Source of the DNA: Rhodospirillales bacterium Alpha_05
GTDB taxonomy: Bacteria > Pseudomonadota > Alphaproteobacteria > Rhodospirillales > Rhodospirillaceae
Direction: 5' to 3'
Assembly (NCBI GenBank): GCA_001603335.1
Contig: LUYR01000627.1
Location: 1-39,245, forward strand
Length of the DNA: 39,245 nt
Made by a program: the position numbers and the translations under genes. Shown in pieces: positions 18,228-39,182 of this stretch (position 1 is its first letter; each line of letters begins with the position of its first letter). The notes below the pieces were generated by a model. The model searched no databases. It had not been told where the DNA came from and worked only from the letters and a program-made list of their open reading frames with translations.

Positions 18228-18899
18228 TTAGCGCTGCTCTTGCGCGCGCTTGTCCTGGGCCATCGGATCGTGGGCCATGATTTCGCCCTTGAAGATCCAG
18301 ACCTTGACGCCGCAGGTGCCATAGGTGGTCTTGGCGGTGCCGACGCCGTAGTCGACTTCCGCGCGGAGGGTGTGCAGCGGCACGCGGCCTTCACGGTACC
18401 ATTCGGTACGCGCGATTTCCGCGCCGCCAAGGCGGCCGGCGCAGTTGATCCGGATGCCCTGGGCGCCCAGACGCATGGCCGACTGAACCGCACGCTTCAT
18501 CGCGCGACGGAACGCAACGCGGCGTTCCAGCTGCTGAGCGATGCTCTCGGCGACCAGCTGGGCGTCGAGTTCGGGCTTGCGGATTTCAACGATGTTCAGG
18601 TGAACTTCGCTGCCAACCTTCTTCGAGAGCTCCTTGCGGAGGGTCTCGATGTCGGCGCCCTTGCGGCCGATGATGATGCCCGGACGCGCGGAGTGGATGG
18701 TGATCCGCGCCTTCTTCGCCGGACGCTCGATCACGATGCGGCTGACACCGGCCTGAGCCAGGCGGGCCTTCAGGTGCTCGCGGATCGAGAGATCCTCGAG
18801 CAGCAGGCCGGCATAGTCCGCACCGTCGGCGTACCAGCGGGAATCCCAGGTACGGTTGATGCCGACGCGCAGACCGATCGGATTGACTTTGTGACCCAT
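18228..18899 (-). CDS. rpsC: 30S ribosomal protein uS3
   Basis: [41 protein letters not shown]. Confidence 0.98.
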   Translation of the reverse strand: MGHKVNPIGLRVGINRTWDSRWYADGADYAGLLLEDLSIREHLKARLAQAGVSRIVIERPAKKARITIHSARPGIIIGRKGADIETLRKELSKKVGSEVHLNIVEIRKPELDAQLVAESIAQQLERRVAFRRAMKRAVQSAMRLGAQGIRINCAGRLGGAEIARTEWYREGRVPLHTLRAEVDYGVGTAKTTYGTCGVKVWIFKGEIMAHDPMAQDKRAQEQR

Positions 18900-19279
18900 C
18901 AGACGGTCTCCTCGCGCTCGGTGACGATAATGGTCAGGTTCGAGAAGATCTTCTCGACCCGGCCGGCACGGCCACGCGCACGGGCGTGGAACCGCTTCAT
19001 CGTGATCGACTTACCGACAAACGCTTCGGAAACGACCAAAGCATCGACGTCGAGCTGGTGGTTGTTCTCGGCGTTCGCGATCGCGGACTGAAGAACCTTC
19101 TTCACTTCCACGGCGACGCGGCGCTTGGAGAAAGTGAGTTCCGCAAGAGCGGATTCAGCGCTCTTACCCCGGATGGACGAAGCCACCAGGTTGAGCTTGC
19201 GCGGGCTGGTACGGATCGCGTGGCTATAAGCCTTAGCCGCGGTATCCGGAAGAGCGCGCTTGGCCGGCTGCTTGCTCAT
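18899..19279 (-). CDS. rplV: 50S ribosomal protein uL22
   Basis: [35 protein letters not shown]; ATG at 19279. Confidence 0.97.
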   Translation of the reverse strand: MSKQPAKRALPDTAAKAYSHAIRTSPRKLNLVASSIRGKSAESALAELTFSKRRVAVEVKKVLQSAIANAENNHQLDVDALVVSEAFVGKSITMKRFHARARGRAGRVEKIFSNLTIIVTEREETV

Positions 19280-19280
19280 G

Positions 19281-19559
19281 TTACTTCCTCTTCGCCTTCT
19301 TGTCCGCGGTGTGCCCGTAGTAGGTACGGGTCGGCGCGAACTCACCGAGCTTATGGCCGATCATCTCTTCGGTGACCAGCACCGGAATGAACTTCTGCCC
19401 GTTGTGAACCCCAAAGGTGAGGCTCACGAACTGCGGCATGATCGTCGACCGGCGCGACCACGTCTTGATGACTTCATTACGGCCAGAAGCGCGGGAGGCT
19501 TCAGCCTTCTTCAGGAGGTATCCGTCCACAAACGGACCTTTCCATACGGAACGAGCCAC
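19281..19559 (-). CDS. rpsS: 30S ribosomal protein uS19 (GTG start)
   Basis: [30 protein letters not shown]. Confidence 0.98.
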   Translation of the reverse strand: MARSVWKGPFVDGYLLKKAEASRASGRNEVIKTWSRRSTIMPQFVSLTFGVHNGQKFIPVLVTEEMIGHKLGEFAPTRTYYGHTADKKAKRK

Positions 19560-19571
19560 AGTCGTTCTCCC

Positions 19572-20399
19572 TTACTTCTTCTTCGCCAAATGACGGCTGC
19601 GCATAATCAGCCGGTCGGTTTTCTTATTGCTGCGGGTGCGCTTGCCCTTGGTCGGCTTACCCCACGGCGTCACCGGATGAGCACCGCCATTCGAACGGCC
19701 GCCCAACGGGTGATCCACGGGGTTCATCGAAATGCCACGGACATGCGGCCGACGGCCCAGCCAACGATTACGGCCGGCCTTGCCGAGGTTGATGTTCTGG
19801 TTGTCCGGGTTGGACACCGCACCAACGGTAGCAAAGCACTCGCCGCGGACCAGACGCAGCTCGCCGCTGCTCAAACGCAGCTGGGCGTAACCGCCGTCCT
19901 TACCAATCAGCTGGGCATAACACCCCGCCGACCGAGCCATCTGGCCACCGCGACCGAGCTTCAGCTCGACGTTGTGGATGATGGTGCCGACCGGCATATT
20001 CTTCAACGGCATGGCGTTGCCGGGCTTGATATCGGCCCGTTCGCCAGCCACCACCTGATCGCCGACATTCAGACGCTGAGGCGCAAGGATGTAGGAGACC
20101 TCGCCGTCCTCATAGCGGATGAACGCGATGAAGGCGGTACGGTTGGGGTCGTACTCCAACCGCTCGACGGTCGCGGGAATATCCATCTTCCGTCGCTTGA
20201 AGTCAACCATGCGATATTTGCGCTTGTGACCACCACCGCGCCACCAGACGGTGGTGCGGCCGGTGTTGTTGCGCCCGCCGCTGCTGGAGAGACCCTCGGT
20301 GAGCGTCTTTTCCGGCTTGCCCTTATAGAGCTCGGAGCGATCCACGAGGATCAGCGCCCGGGTACCCGGCGTCGTCGGATTGAACGATTTCAAAGCCAT
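19572..20399 (-). CDS. rplB: 50S ribosomal protein uL2
   Basis: [42 protein letters not shown]. Confidence 0.98.
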   Translation of the reverse strand: MALKSFNPTTPGTRALILVDRSELYKGKPEKTLTEGLSSSGGRNNTGRTTVWWRGGGHKRKYRMVDFKRRKMDIPATVERLEYDPNRTAFIAFIRYEDGEVSYILAPQRLNVGDQVVAGERADIKPGNAMPLKNMPVGTIIHNVELKLGRGGQMARSAGCYAQLIGKDGGYAQLRLSSGELRLVRGECFATVGAVSNPDNQNINLGKAGRNRWLGRRPHVRGISMNPVDHPLGGRSNGGAHPVTPWGKPTKGKRTRSNKKTDRLIMRSRHLAKKK

Positions 20400-20403
20400 C
20401 GTC

Positions 20404-20715
20404 TTAAACCCCCGTCGCGACGTCGATCGTCTGGCCTTCGGCCAAAGTCACATACGCCTTCTTCACGTCCGAGCGCTGGCCGGGACGACCCCGGAAACGC
20501 TTCAGCTTGCCCTTTTGGCGCAGGGTGTTGACGGCCGTAACCTTCACCCCGAAGATGCCTTCCACGGCCGCCGCGACTTCGAGCTTCGAAGCGTCGAGCG
20601 GGACACGGAAGGTCACCTGATTGTGTTCGGACCCGAGCGTCGCCTTTTCGGTGATCACCGGGGCGCGCACGATGTCGTACATGCGCTCCTTCGAGATTTT
20701 GATCGCCTTGGTCAT
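20404..20715 (-). CDS. rplW: 50S ribosomal protein uL23
   Basis: [25 protein letters not shown]. Confidence 0.97.
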   Translation of the reverse strand: MTKAIKISKERMYDIVRAPVITEKATLGSEHNQVTFRVPLDASKLEVAAAVEGIFGVKVTAVNTLRQKGKLKRFRGRPGQRSDVKKAYVTLAEGQTIDVATGV

Positions 20716-21332
20716 TTCAGGCGGGCCTCCAGGTGCTCGACGGCGGCCTTGGTGAGGACCAAGGTGTCGCGCCGAAGGATGTCGTAAACGTTGGCACCCT
20801 GCTGCGGCAGAACGTCGATACCGATGACGTTGCGCGAAGCCAGAGCCAGGTTGCCGTCGACTTCCGGGCCGTCGATGATCAGAGCGGAGGCCCAGCCGAG
20901 CGCCTTCAAGGTGGCCGCAAAGTCCTTGGTCTTGGCCGACGAGAACTTCGCGTCGTCCAGGATCACCAGCTTGCCCTCGGCGACCTTCGCGGAAAGCGCG
21001 GTCTTGAGGCCCAGCTTCTTGAACTTCTTGGTCAGCTCGTGCTCATGGCTGCGAACCACCGGGCCGAAGATCGTGGCGCCGCCGCGGAACTGCGGGCTGC
21101 GCAGCGAACCCTGGCGGGCGTGACCCGTGCCCTTCTGCTTGAACGGCTTCTTGGTGGTGCCGGAAATGTCGCCGATTTCCTTGGTCTTGTGGGTACCGGC
21201 GCGACGCTTCGCAAGCTGCCAGTTGACCATGCGGTGCAGAATGTCCGCACGCACGGGCATCCCGAACACGCCGTCGGCGAGCTCGATGGAGCCGACGCTC
21301 TTCGCGTCGAAATTGATCACATCCTGCTTCAT
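20712..21332 (-). CDS. rplD: 50S ribosomal protein uL4
   Basis: [29 protein letters not shown]. Confidence 0.98.
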   Translation of the reverse strand: MKQDVINFDAKSVGSIELADGVFGMPVRADILHRMVNWQLAKRRAGTHKTKEIGDISGTTKKPFKQKGTGHARQGSLRSPQFRGGATIFGPVVRSHEHELTKKFKKLGLKTALSAKVAEGKLVILDDAKFSSAKTKDFAATLKALGWASALIIDGPEVDGNLALASRNVIGIDVLPQQGANVYDILRRDTLVLTKAAVEHLEARLK

Positions 21333-21338
21333 CGCCGC

Positions 21339-22049
21339 TTATTCCTTATCCTGAGTGGCGACGGCAGCTTCGGTCGCGGCCTTGATCGCAGCCGGGAACG
21401 GCACGCCTTCCGGCAGAGCCTTCTTGACCGCGTCGCTGACCAGAACCCAACCGCCTTCGGAGCCCGGAACCGCACCGCGGACCAGGATCAGGCCGCGCTC
21501 GGCATCGGTCGAGACGATCTGCAGGTTCTGCTGGGTGGCGCGGACGTCGCCCATGTGACCAGCCATCTTCTTGCCCTTGAACACCTTGCCGGGGTCCTGG
21601 CACTGGCCGGTGGAACCGAGCGAACGGTGAGACACCGAAACGCCGTGGCTCGCCTCGAGGCCGCGGAAGTTGTGGCGCTTCATGCCACCCGCGAAACCCT
21701 TACCAATGGTGGTGCCGGCGACGTCGACATACTGACCGGGCACGAAGTGCTCGACCGAGATCTCGGCGCCGACGTCGAGGAGGCAATCCTCGGACACGAC
21801 GAATTCCACCATCTTCTTCTTCGGCTCGACCTTCGCCGCCGCGTAGTGACCACGCATCGCCTTCGACACGTTCTTCACCTTCGCGGCCCCGACGCCGAGC
21901 TGCACCGCAGTGTAGCCGTGGGTCTCAGCCCGACGCGTCGCCACCACCTGGCAGCAATCCACCTTGAGGACGGTAACCGGCACGTGGCGGCCATCGTCGG
22001 TGAACACGCGGGACATGCCCATCTTCTGCGCAATAAGACCGGATCGCAT
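21339..22049 (-). CDS. rplC: 50S ribosomal protein uL3
   Basis: [46 protein letters not shown]; ATG at 22049. Confidence 0.98.
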   Translation of the reverse strand: MRSGLIAQKMGMSRVFTDDGRHVPVTVLKVDCCQVVATRRAETHGYTAVQLGVGAAKVKNVSKAMRGHYAAAKVEPKKKMVEFVVSEDCLLDVGAEISVEHFVPGQYVDVAGTTIGKGFAGGMKRHNFRGLEASHGVSVSHRSLGSTGQCQDPGKVFKGKKMAGHMGDVRATQQNLQIVSTDAERGLILVRGAVPGSEGGWVLVSDAVKKALPEGVPFPAAIKAATEAAVATQDKE

Positions 22050-22062
22050 GATTTCCGTTCCT

Positions 22063-22371
22063 TTAGAGCTTGATCTCGACATCAACGCCGGCCGCCAGGT
22101 CGAGCTTCATCAGCGCGTCCACGGTCTGCGGAGTCGGGTCAACGATATCCAACAAGCGCTTGTGAGTCCGAATTTCGAACTGTTCGCGCGACTTCTTATC
22201 GATGTGCGGCGAACGGTTCACAGTGAACTTCTCGACCCGCGTCGGCAGCGGGATCGGGCCCCGCACCTGAGCACCCGTGCGCTTGGCGGTGTTGACGATC
22301 TCGCGCGTGGACTGATCCAGTACGCGATGATCGAACGCCTTCAAGCGAATGCGGATGTTTTGACCTTCCAT
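22063..22371 (-). CDS. rpsJ: 30S ribosomal protein uS10
   Basis: [41 protein letters not shown]. The start could also be the adjacent ATG at 22374. Confidence 0.97.
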   Translation of the reverse strand: MEGQNIRIRLKAFDHRVLDQSTREIVNTAKRTGAQVRGPIPLPTRVEKFTVNRSPHIDKKSREQFEIRTHKRLLDIVDPTPQTVDALMKLDLAAGVDVEIKL

Positions 22372-22456
22372 CATGGCTTTCACACCGTTGTTTTAGTTGG
22401 GCGTCCGCAGACGCGTTCAGAATCGTCCGCGAGCGGACGCCCAGCTGTTACAGTCC

Positions 22457-23647
<1,191 letters not shown>

Positions 23648-23679
23648 CTTTGCCTACTCCGTCAAATCGTCTGTGTTAG

Positions 23680-25758
23680 TTAACCGGCCATCTTTTCACG
23701 GATTTCTTCGGCCACGTTGCTCGGCACTTCCTGGTAATGATCGAAGATCATCGTGTACTGAGCACGGCCCTGCGACATCGAACGCAGGGTATTCACGTAG
23801 CCGAACATGTTGGCCAGCGGGACGTGCGCGGTCACCACACGGGCGATACCACGGCTGTCCATGCCGTTGACCTGACCACGACGGCTGTTCAGATCGCCGA
23901 TGATGTCGCCCATGTATTCTTCAGGGGTGACGACTTCGACGTTCATGATCGGCTCGAGAAGCTTCGGCGCGGCCTTGGCGATACCTTCGCGGAACGCGGC
24001 GCGGGCCGCGATTTCGAAGGCGAGCACCGAGGAATCGACGTCGTGGTAGGCGCCGTCGATCAGGGTCGCGGAGAAGTCGGTCACCGGGAAGCCCGCGATC
24101 ACGCCGTTATCCAGCGAGTTCTTGAGGCCCTTTTCGACGCCCGGGATGTATTCCTTGGGCACCGAACCACCGACGATCTTGCTCTCGAACACGAAGCCGG
24201 TGCCGGGCTCGCCAGGCGCGAACACAACCTTGATGCGCGCGTACTGGCCCGAACCACCCGACTGCTTCTTGTGGGTGTAGTCGATTTCGTAGGCCTTGGA
24301 GATGGTTTCGCGGTACGCAACCTGCGGCGCGCCCACGTTCGCCTCGACCTTGAACTCGCGACGCATGCGGTCGACGATGATTTCGAGATGGAGTTCGCCC
24401 ATGCCCTTGATCACGGTCTGGCCGGATTCCTGGTCGGTGGTGACGCGGAAGGACGGATCCTCGGCCGCGAGACGCGCCAACGCGAGACCCATCTTCTCCA
24501 TGTCGGCCTTGGTCTTCGGCTCGACCGCGACTTCGATGACGGGCTCCGGGAATTCCATGCGCTCAAGGATCACCGGGTCCGACGGAATGCAGAGCGTGTC
24601 GCCGGTGGTGGTGTCCTTCAAGCCGACCAACGCCACGATATCGCCGGCGTAGGCTTCCTTGATCTCTTCACGGTTGTTGGCATGCATGAGCAGCATGCGG
24701 CCGATGCGCTCGCGCTTGCCCTTCACGGTGTTCTGCACGTAGGAACCGCTCTCGAGCACGCCCGAATAGATGCGCGCGAAGGTGAGCGAACCGACGAAGG
24801 GGTCGTTCATGATCTTGAACGCAAGCGCAGCAAGCGGCTCTTCGTCCGAAGAATGACGCTCGACCGGCTCTTCCGAATCCGGCAGGACGCCCTTGATCGC
24901 GGGAACGTCGAGCGGGCTCGGCAGGAAGTCGACGACGGCGTCGAGCAGCGGCTGAACGCCCTTGTTCTTGAACGCCGAACCGCACAGCACCGGAACGAAC
25001 TTCATCGCGATGGCACCCTTGCGGATGCAGGCCTTCAGGGTCGCTTCGTCGGGCTCGTTGCCTTCGAGGTAGGCTTCCATCACCGCGTCGTCGACTTCGA
25101 CGGCGGTTTCCAGGAGCTTCTCGCGGTACTCGGCCGCCTTGTCGGCGAGATCGGCCGGAATATCGACGTACTCGAACTCGGCGCCGAGGCTCTCGTCCTT
25201 CCAGATGATCGCCTTCATCAGCACCAGGTCGACGAGGCCGGCGTATTCGGACTCTTCGCCGATCGGCAGGTGCATCACCAGCGGAACCGCACCGAGGCGG
25301 TCGACGATCATGTCGACGCAGCGGTAGAAGTTCGCGCCCATGCGGTCCATCTTGTTGACGAAGCAGATGCGCGGCACGTGGTACTTGTCGGCCTGACGCC
25401 ACACGGTCTCGGACTGCGGCTCAACGCCGGCCACCGAGTCGAACACAGCGACCGCACCGTCGAGCACGCGGAGCGAACGCTCCACTTCGATGGTGAAATC
25501 GACGTGACCGGGGGTGTCGATGATGTTGACGCGATGGTCCTTCCAGTAGCAGGTCGTCGCGGCGGACGTGATCGTGATGCCGCGTTCCTGTTCCTGTTCC
25601 ATCCAGTCCATGGTGGCGGCGCCATCGTGCACTTCGCCGATTTTGTGCGAGCGACCGGTATAGTAGAGCACGCGCTCCGTGGTCGTCGTCTTACCGGCAT
25701 CGATGTGCGCCATGATGCCGATGTTACGGTAGTCTTTAAGCGGGGTATGGCGTGACAT
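23680..25758 (-). CDS. fusA: Elongation factor G
   Basis: [39 protein letters not shown]. Confidence 0.99.
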   Translation of the reverse strand: MSRHTPLKDYRNIGIMAHIDAGKTTTTERVLYYTGRSHKIGEVHDGAATMDWMEQEQERGITITSAATTCYWKDHRVNIIDTPGHVDFTIEVERSLRVLDGAVAVFDSVAGVEPQSETVWRQADKYHVPRICFVNKMDRMGANFYRCVDMIVDRLGAVPLVMHLPIGEESEYAGLVDLVLMKAIIWKDESLGAEFEYVDIPADLADKAAEYREKLLETAVEVDDAVMEAYLEGNEPDEATLKACIRKGAIAMKFVPVLCGSAFKNKGVQPLLDAVVDFLPSPLDVPAIKGVLPDSEEPVERHSSDEEPLAALAFKIMNDPFVGSLTFARIYSGVLESGSYVQNTVKGKRERIGRMLLMHANNREEIKEAYAGDIVALVGLKDTTTGDTLCIPSDPVILERMEFPEPVIEVAVEPKTKADMEKMGLALARLAAEDPSFRVTTDQESGQTVIKGMGELHLEIIVDRMRREFKVEANVGAPQVAYRETISKAYEIDYTHKKQSGGSGQYARIKVVFAPGEPGTGFVFESKIVGGSVPKEYIPGVEKGLKNSLDNGVIAGFPVTDFSATLIDGAYHDVDSSVLAFEIAARAAFREGIAKAAPKLLEPIMNVEVVTPEEYMGDIIGDLNSRRGQVNGMDSRGIARVVTAHVPLANMFGYVNTLRSMSQGRAQYTMIFDHYQEVPSNVAEEIREKMAG

Positions 25759-25782
25759 GATCGTCGATCCTGGTCTTCTGGG

Positions 25783-26253
25783 TTACCAGCGGTAGTGCGA
25801 GAAGGCCTTGTTCGCGTCGGCCATACGATGCGTGTCTTCACGCTTCTTGACGGCGCCACCGCGGTTGTTCGCGGCATCCATCAATTCGCCCGAGAGACGA
25901 TCGATCATCGTGGTCTCGGAACGCTTGCGCGCGAACTCGATCAACCAACGAATTGCCAACGCCTGACGGCGCTCCGTGCGGACTTCAACCGGCACCTGAT
26001 ACGTCGCACCGCCGACGCGGCGGGAACGAACCTCGATCGCCGGCTTGACGTTGGTGAGTGCCTCGTGAAAGACCTTGACCGATTCGCCATTGGTCTTGGC
26101 GGCGATCTTGTCGAGTGCACCATAGACGATCTGTTCGGCCGTAGCCTTCTTACCGTCTTTCATGATGCTATTGATGAACTTTGCAAGTACGAGGTCACCG
26201 AACTTAGCGTCCGGCAGTACTTCGCGCTTCTCGGCTGCATGGCGACGAGACAT
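25783..26253 (-). CDS. rpsG: 30S ribosomal protein uS7
   Basis: [40 protein letters not shown]; ATG at 26253. Confidence 0.98.
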   Translation of the reverse strand: MSRRHAAEKREVLPDAKFGDLVLAKFINSIMKDGKKATAEQIVYGALDKIAAKTNGESVKVFHEALTNVKPAIEVRSRRVGGATYQVPVEVRTERRQALAIRWLIEFARKRSETTMIDRLSGELMDAANNRGGAVKKREDTHRMADANKAFSHYRW

Positions 26254-26278
26254 CTTCCTGGGACCTCTATATCTAGAA

Positions 26279-26650
26279 TTACTTCGGACGCTTCGCGCCG
26301 TACTTCGAACGACGCTGACGGCGATCCTTGACACCCTGGGTATCCAGCGTGCCGCGAATGATGTGATAACGAACGCCCGGCAAATCCTTCACGCGGCCGC
26401 CGCGGATCATCACCACGGAGTGTTCCTGCAGGTTGTGACCTTCACCCGGGATGTACGAGGTGACTTCAAAACCATTGGTCAAGCGCACGCGCGCGACCTT
26501 ACGCAGGGCCGAGTTCGGCTTCTTCGGAGTCGTCGTGTACACGCGGGTGCAAACCCCGCGCTTCTGCGGGCAAGCCTGAAGCGCCGGAACCTTGTTGCGG
26601 TTCACCTGCGGTTCGCGCGGCTTGCGGATCAACTGATTGATCGTCGGCAT
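26279..26650 (-). CDS. rpsL: 30S ribosomal protein uS12
   Basis: [30 protein letters not shown]. Confidence 0.99.
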   Translation of the reverse strand: MPTINQLIRKPREPQVNRNKVPALQACPQKRGVCTRVYTTTPKKPNSALRKVARVRLTNGFEVTSYIPGEGHNLQEHSVVMIRGGRVKDLPGVRYHIIRGTLDTQGVKDRRQRRSKYGAKRPK

Positions 26651-26897
26651 TGAGTGTTCCCTATTCTCAATTCACTTGATACGCGCTCGTTCTCCGGAGC
26701 GGGCTTATCCCACGATCCAGAGAACAAATCCCCTCTCAGCGCGGTCCATAAGGTGCGTTGAAAGGGAGCAGTCGTGGCCCTAAGGCCGATTTCCATCAAC
26801 AATCGTTTGGGTCCGGGTGCTGGATACATGCGGCTTTCCGAGGCATGCTCGGGAGTTCCGCGTCTCCGGCGGTCGGGTCCATCCGAATGAGTGGCGC

Positions 26898-26926
26898 ACT
26901 ATACGTATTCGCCAGCCCCCCGTCAA
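26898..26926 (-). promoter_or_regulatory. sigma70 promoter of the str operon
   Basis: Minus strand TTGACG, 17 nt spacer, TATAGT, then GC-rich GCGCC discriminator, just downstream of the rpoC terminator. Confidence 0.8.
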
Positions 26927-26953
26927 CCGGTGAATCGGAGCCGGAAATCCGCC

Positions 26954-26989
26954 AAAAAACAAACGCCGCCCCGGGGTCGGGGCGGCGTT
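26954..26989 (-). terminator. Intrinsic terminator after rpoC
   Basis: Minus strand AACGCCGCCCCG-ACCC-CGGGGCGGCGTT-TGTTTTTT. Confidence 0.9.
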
Positions 26990-27009
26990 CGCTCTCGCGC
27001 AGTACGCGC

Positions 27010-35445
<8,436 letters not shown>

Positions 35446-35694
35446 CGCCGCTCCTTATGCACGTCACACATTCGTTCGCCGGGCACACCATGCGCCCCGC
35501 GCCTCGCGACCGGCGCAACGATTCGCGCCGACCGACCAAACCTTCCCCGTCCAAAACCCGTGGCGGGGTCTTCATTCTGCGTTGCCGATCGCCGCAGGAA
35601 AGGGCGGCGATGGGAAGCGCAGACGGGTCGACCCGCACACGCGAGAACCTCGCGGTGCGGGACGACCCAACCTTCGTCAACGCACGAATGCGTC

Positions 35695-36069
<375 letters not shown>

Positions 36070-36121
36070 TTCTTAGTAACTCCTGTTAAGGCTTGAACTT
36101 CGTATGTTTGTAAGAATCCGC

Positions 36122-36640
36122 TTACGCTGCGGCGCCCGTGTCGGCGAATGCCTTGAAGACGCGAGCCAGCTGGCCGGCCGGAGCCTGCGTGACGCCAGCC
36201 ACCTTGGTGGCCGGAGCCTGGAGCAGACCCAGGAGCTTGGCGCGGAGTTCGTCGAGGGACGGCATGGTCGCCAGGGCCTTGACCCCGTTGGCGTCCAGAA
36301 CCGTCTTGCCGAGCGAACCGCCGACAATGACCAGCTTGTCGTTCTTCTTGGCGAACTCGACGGCGGCCTTGGCGGCCGCGACGGGATCGGTGGAAGTCGC
36401 GATCGCCGTCGGACCGACGAACATGTCGCCGGTGCCTTCGAATTCGGTGCCTTCAAGAGCGAGACGCGTAAGCCGATTCTTGGTGACCTTGAATTGAGCG
36501 CCGGCTTCCCGCATCTGCCCACGCAAGGTCGTCATCTGTTCGACCGTCAACCCCTTGTACTGGGTGACGACGACGAGCGAGACCTCGTTGAACAGAGCGT
36601 TCAGCGAACGCACCAGTTCAGATTTTTCCTCTCGGTTCAC
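36122..36640 (-). CDS. rplJ: 50S ribosomal protein uL10 (GTG start)
   Basis: NREEK...YKGLTV...KVTKNRL...GPTAIA...[14 protein letters not shown]; GTG at 36640 with GGAG 6 nt upstream. Confidence 0.97.
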   Translation of the reverse strand: MNREEKSELVRSLNALFNEVSLVVVTQYKGLTVEQMTTLRGQMREAGAQFKVTKNRLTRLALEGTEFEGTGDMFVGPTAIATSTDPVAAAKAAVEFAKKNDKLVIVGGSLGKTVLDANGVKALATMPSLDELRAKLLGLLQAPATKVAGVTQAPAGQLARVFKAFADTGAAA

Positions 36641-36756
36641 TTTCGTCTCCGTTTGTTGACCCGAAGCGGTCCTTTCCCCGCCTCGACCCGGATGGACGAA
36701 CCTGCCCACGAAAGTTCAAGCCTTGCCGGGTTCTCGCCCGGGGAAAACTTGCTCTC

Positions 36757-36820
36757 CCGTCTGCGCAGGTGGCTTGCCATTAAACCGTTCCGAATGAACG
36801 GCGCCTGCGGTCTCGGACAG
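36757..36820 (-). promoter_or_regulatory. L10 leader (L10/L12 autoregulatory mRNA element)
   Basis: Minus strand GTCCGAGACCGCAGG...TTTAAT...CCTGCGCAGACGG upstream of rplJ. This matches, from recall, the AGAC.GCAGG/CCTGC..AGACGG core of the L10 leader. Confidence 0.85.
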
Positions 36821-36893
36821 GTATTGAAAGGGGCCGTACTCGTGACCCCTTCACCGGCCCGCGGGGCGAACCCCGCGCGCCGAATTCTTAAAA

Positions 36894-37589
36894 TCAGCCG
36901 ACGACGTCGGCGACGGCGAGCTTCAGGCCCGGACCCATGGTCGAAGACACGGAGATCTTCTTGAGGTACACGCCCTTCGCGCCCGACGGCTTCGCCTTGT
37001 TGATCGCGTCGACGAACGCCTTGATGTTCTCGGCGATCTGCTCTTCGGTGAACGAAGCGCGACCGACGCCGCCATGCACGATACCGGCCTTCTCGACGCG
37101 GAACTGCACCTGGCCGCCCTTGGCCGCCTTCACCGCTTCCGCGACGTTCATCGTCACGGTGCCGAGCTTCGGGTTCGGCATCAGGCCGCGCGGGCCGAGC
37201 ACCTTACCCAAGCGACCGACGACGCCCATCATGTCCGGGGTCGCGATGCAGCGATCGAAGTCCATGCGGCCGCCCTGGATGATTTCCATCAGGTCTTCCG
37301 CACCGACCAGCTCAGCGCCGGCGGCGGTGGCTTCGTCGGCCTTGGCGCCGCGGGCGAACACCGCAACGCGGACGGTCTTGCCGGTGCCGTGCGGCAGCGA
37401 AACCACGCCGCGGACCATCTGGTCGGCGTGACGCGGATCGACGCCGAGGTTCATCGCGACTTCGACGGTCTCGTCGAACTTCGCCTTGGCGCGCGCCTTG
37501 ATCAGGCTGACGGCTTCCGCGAGCGGGTAGAACTTGTCGCGATCGATGCCTTCGTAAACGGCGGTCATACGCTTAGCTTGCTTTGCCAT
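36894..37589 (-). CDS. rplA: 50S ribosomal protein uL1
   Basis: [45 protein letters not shown]. Confidence 0.98.
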   Translation of the reverse strand: MAKQAKRMTAVYEGIDRDKFYPLAEAVSLIKARAKAKFDETVEVAMNLGVDPRHADQMVRGVVSLPHGTGKTVRVAVFARGAKADEATAAGAELVGAEDLMEIIQGGRMDFDRCIATPDMMGVVGRLGKVLGPRGLMPNPKLGTVTMNVAEAVKAAKGGQVQFRVEKAGIVHGGVGRASFTEEQIAENIKAFVDAINKAKPSGAKGVYLKKISVSSTMGPGLKLAVADVVG

Positions 37590-37594
37590 GTGCC

Positions 37595-38023
37595 TTACTC
37601 CGCAACCTGAAGGCCCATGGAACGGGCAGAACCGCGAACCATTTCCATGGCCGCTTCGACGGTGTGGCAGTTCAGGTCAGGCATCTTCGAGGTCGCGATT
37701 TCGCGAATCTGCGCTTCCGTGACCTTGCCGGCGGTCGCCGTACCCGGGGTCTGGCTGCCCTTCTGGACGCCCGACGCCTTCTTCAGGTAGTAGCTGATCG
37801 GCGGCAGCTTGGTGATGAAGGTGAAGGTACGGTCGGAGAAGGCGGTGATCACCACCGGCACCGGCATACCGGGTTCCATGCCCTGGGTCTGCGCGTTGAA
37901 CGCCTTGCAGAATTCCATGATGTTGAGGCCGCGCTGACCGAGCGCCGGACCGATCGGCGGCGACGGATTCGCCTTGCCTGCCGGCACCTGGAGCTTGATG
38001 AAGCCCATAATCTTCTTTGCCAT
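37595..38023 (-). CDS. rplK: 50S ribosomal protein uL11
   Basis: MAKK...[34 protein letters not shown]. Confidence 0.98.
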   Translation of the reverse strand: MAKKIMGFIKLQVPAGKANPSPPIGPALGQRGLNIMEFCKAFNAQTQGMEPGMPVPVVITAFSDRTFTFITKLPPISYYLKKASGVQKGSQTPGTATAGKVTEAQIREIATSKMPDLNCHTVEAAMEMVRGSARSMGLQVAE

Positions 38024-38075
38024 GTGTCTCACTCTCTAAGGGCGGGCCGAAAGCCCGGCGCCGCCATGGACAGGA

Positions 38076-38107
38076 CTGCGGTGAATGACTTGGCAAGTCT
38101 CCCGCAG
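38076..38107 (-). promoter_or_regulatory. Putative uL1-binding autoregulatory site upstream of rplK
   Basis: Minus strand CTGCGG-GA-GACTT-GCC-AAGTC-ATTCA-CCGCAG: two stems around an asymmetric loop carrying GGGAG, the L1-site architecture. Confidence 0.7.
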
Positions 38108-38142
38108 GTTTTGCGGCCCCCGAAACCGTCGGGGGCCGGAAC

Positions 38143-38676
38143 TCAACTGATCTTTTCGACCTGGGCGTATTCCAGTTCGACCGGGGTGGAGCGACCGAAG
38201 ATCGAAACCGCGACCTTGATCCGGCTCTTTTCCTCGTCGACTTCCTCGACCACGCCGTTGAAGCTGGTGAACGGCCCGTCGGACACGCGCACCTGCTCGC
38301 CGATTTCGAACACCACGGAAGGCTTCGGACGGTCCACGCCTTCCTGCACCTGGGTCATGATCCGCTGGGCTTCGCCCTCGGTGATCGGCACCGGGCGACC
38401 GCGGCCGCCGAGGAAGTCGGTGACCTTGGCGGTGTTCTTGACCAAGTGCCAGCTCTCGTCGGTCAGGACCATCTTGACCAGCACGTAGCCGGGGAAGAAC
38501 TTGCGCTCGGCGTTGACCTTCGAGCCGCGCCGGACCTCGACGACCTCTTCGGTCGGCACCAGCACTTCTTCAAAAAGGTCCGCCATGCCCTTCTGGGTGG
38601 CCTGCTCCCGGATCGACTGAGCAACCTTCTTCTCGAAACCGGAATAGACGTGCACGACGTACCAGCGCGCCTGCAT
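38143..38676 (-). CDS. nusG: Transcription termination/antitermination factor NusG
   Basis: [48 protein letters not shown]. Confidence 0.98.
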   Translation of the reverse strand: MQARWYVVHVYSGFEKKVAQSIREQATQKGMADLFEEVLVPTEEVVEVRRGSKVNAERKFFPGYVLVKMVLTDESWHLVKNTAKVTDFLGGRGRPVPITEGEAQRIMTQVQEGVDRPKPSVVFEIGEQVRVSDGPFTSFNGVVEEVDEEKSRIKVAVSIFGRSTPVELEYAQVEKIS

Positions 38677-38681
38677 CAGCG

Positions 38682-38879
38682 TTACCCTCCAATCCCGAGA
38701 ACTGTCTGAATTCCCAGTGAGAAAATCGTATCCACCAGGAACAGGAAAATCGACGCGACAACCGCCATGGACATCACCATGACAGTCGAAAGCATCGTTT
38801 CCTTGCGACTGGGCCAGACAACCTTCGCCAGCTCTTGCCGAACCTGACGCACAAACTGACCGGGAGAGGTCTTAGCCAT
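38682..38879 (-). CDS. secE: Preprotein translocase SecE (single-TM form)
   Basis: [20 protein letters not shown] followed by one TM helix; directly upstream of nusG. Confidence 0.95.
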   Translation of the reverse strand: MAKTSPGQFVRQVRQELAKVVWPSRKETMLSTVMVMSMAVVASIFLFLVDTIFSLGIQTVLGIGG

Positions 38880-38976
38880 TACCACATCCAAACATGTTTT
38901 GCCGCGCGTTATCGCGAGCGCTTCGCTCGCCGCGCGGAAATCTCGTCAATGTCACCCGACCAACGTTTCGTCGCAC

Positions 38977-39052
38977 TGGCAGGGGTGGCAGGGATCGAAC
39001 CCGCAACCCCCGGTTTTGGAGACCGGTGCTCTACCAGTTGAGCTACACCCCT
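38977..39052 (-). tRNA. trpT: tRNA-Trp (CCA)
   Basis: 76 nt. Acceptor AGGGGTG/CACCCCT, D-arm AGCTCAACTGGTAGAGC, anticodon arm CCGGT-CT-CCA-AA-ACCGG, T-loop GGTTCGATCC, encoded 3' CCA. Confidence 0.98.
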
Positions 39053-39102
39053 ACACCGTGCGCCGTCAGTCGTCGAGTGAAACCCGACTCCGAAGGCGGG
39101 CG

Positions 39103-39131
39103 AGACTAGCCCGCACGCCTTCGGCAATCAA
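39103..39131 (-). promoter_or_regulatory. Candidate sigma70 promoter for trpT-secE-nusG
   Basis: Minus strand TTGATT, 17 nt spacer, TAGTCT, then GC-rich CGCCCG. Confidence 0.55.
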
Positions 39132-39182
39132 GAACTTTTCCCACCCATCGAGAGGATTGGAAAAGTCCCTGGTATTTCGTCG

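Noticed and set aside
14400-22450. Somewhat lower GC in S10/spc genes than in the 1-8 kb region
   Set aside because: An impression only, and expected from the codon and amino-acid bias of highly expressed r-protein genes; not evidence of horizontal transfer.
26279-26650. Streptomycin-resistance changes in uS12
   Set aside because: PKKPNSA and RVKDLPG are wild type.
38880-39100. tRNA-Trp as an integration site for an island or prophage
   Set aside because: No integrase and no duplicated tRNA 3' end; it is flanked directly by tuf and secE.
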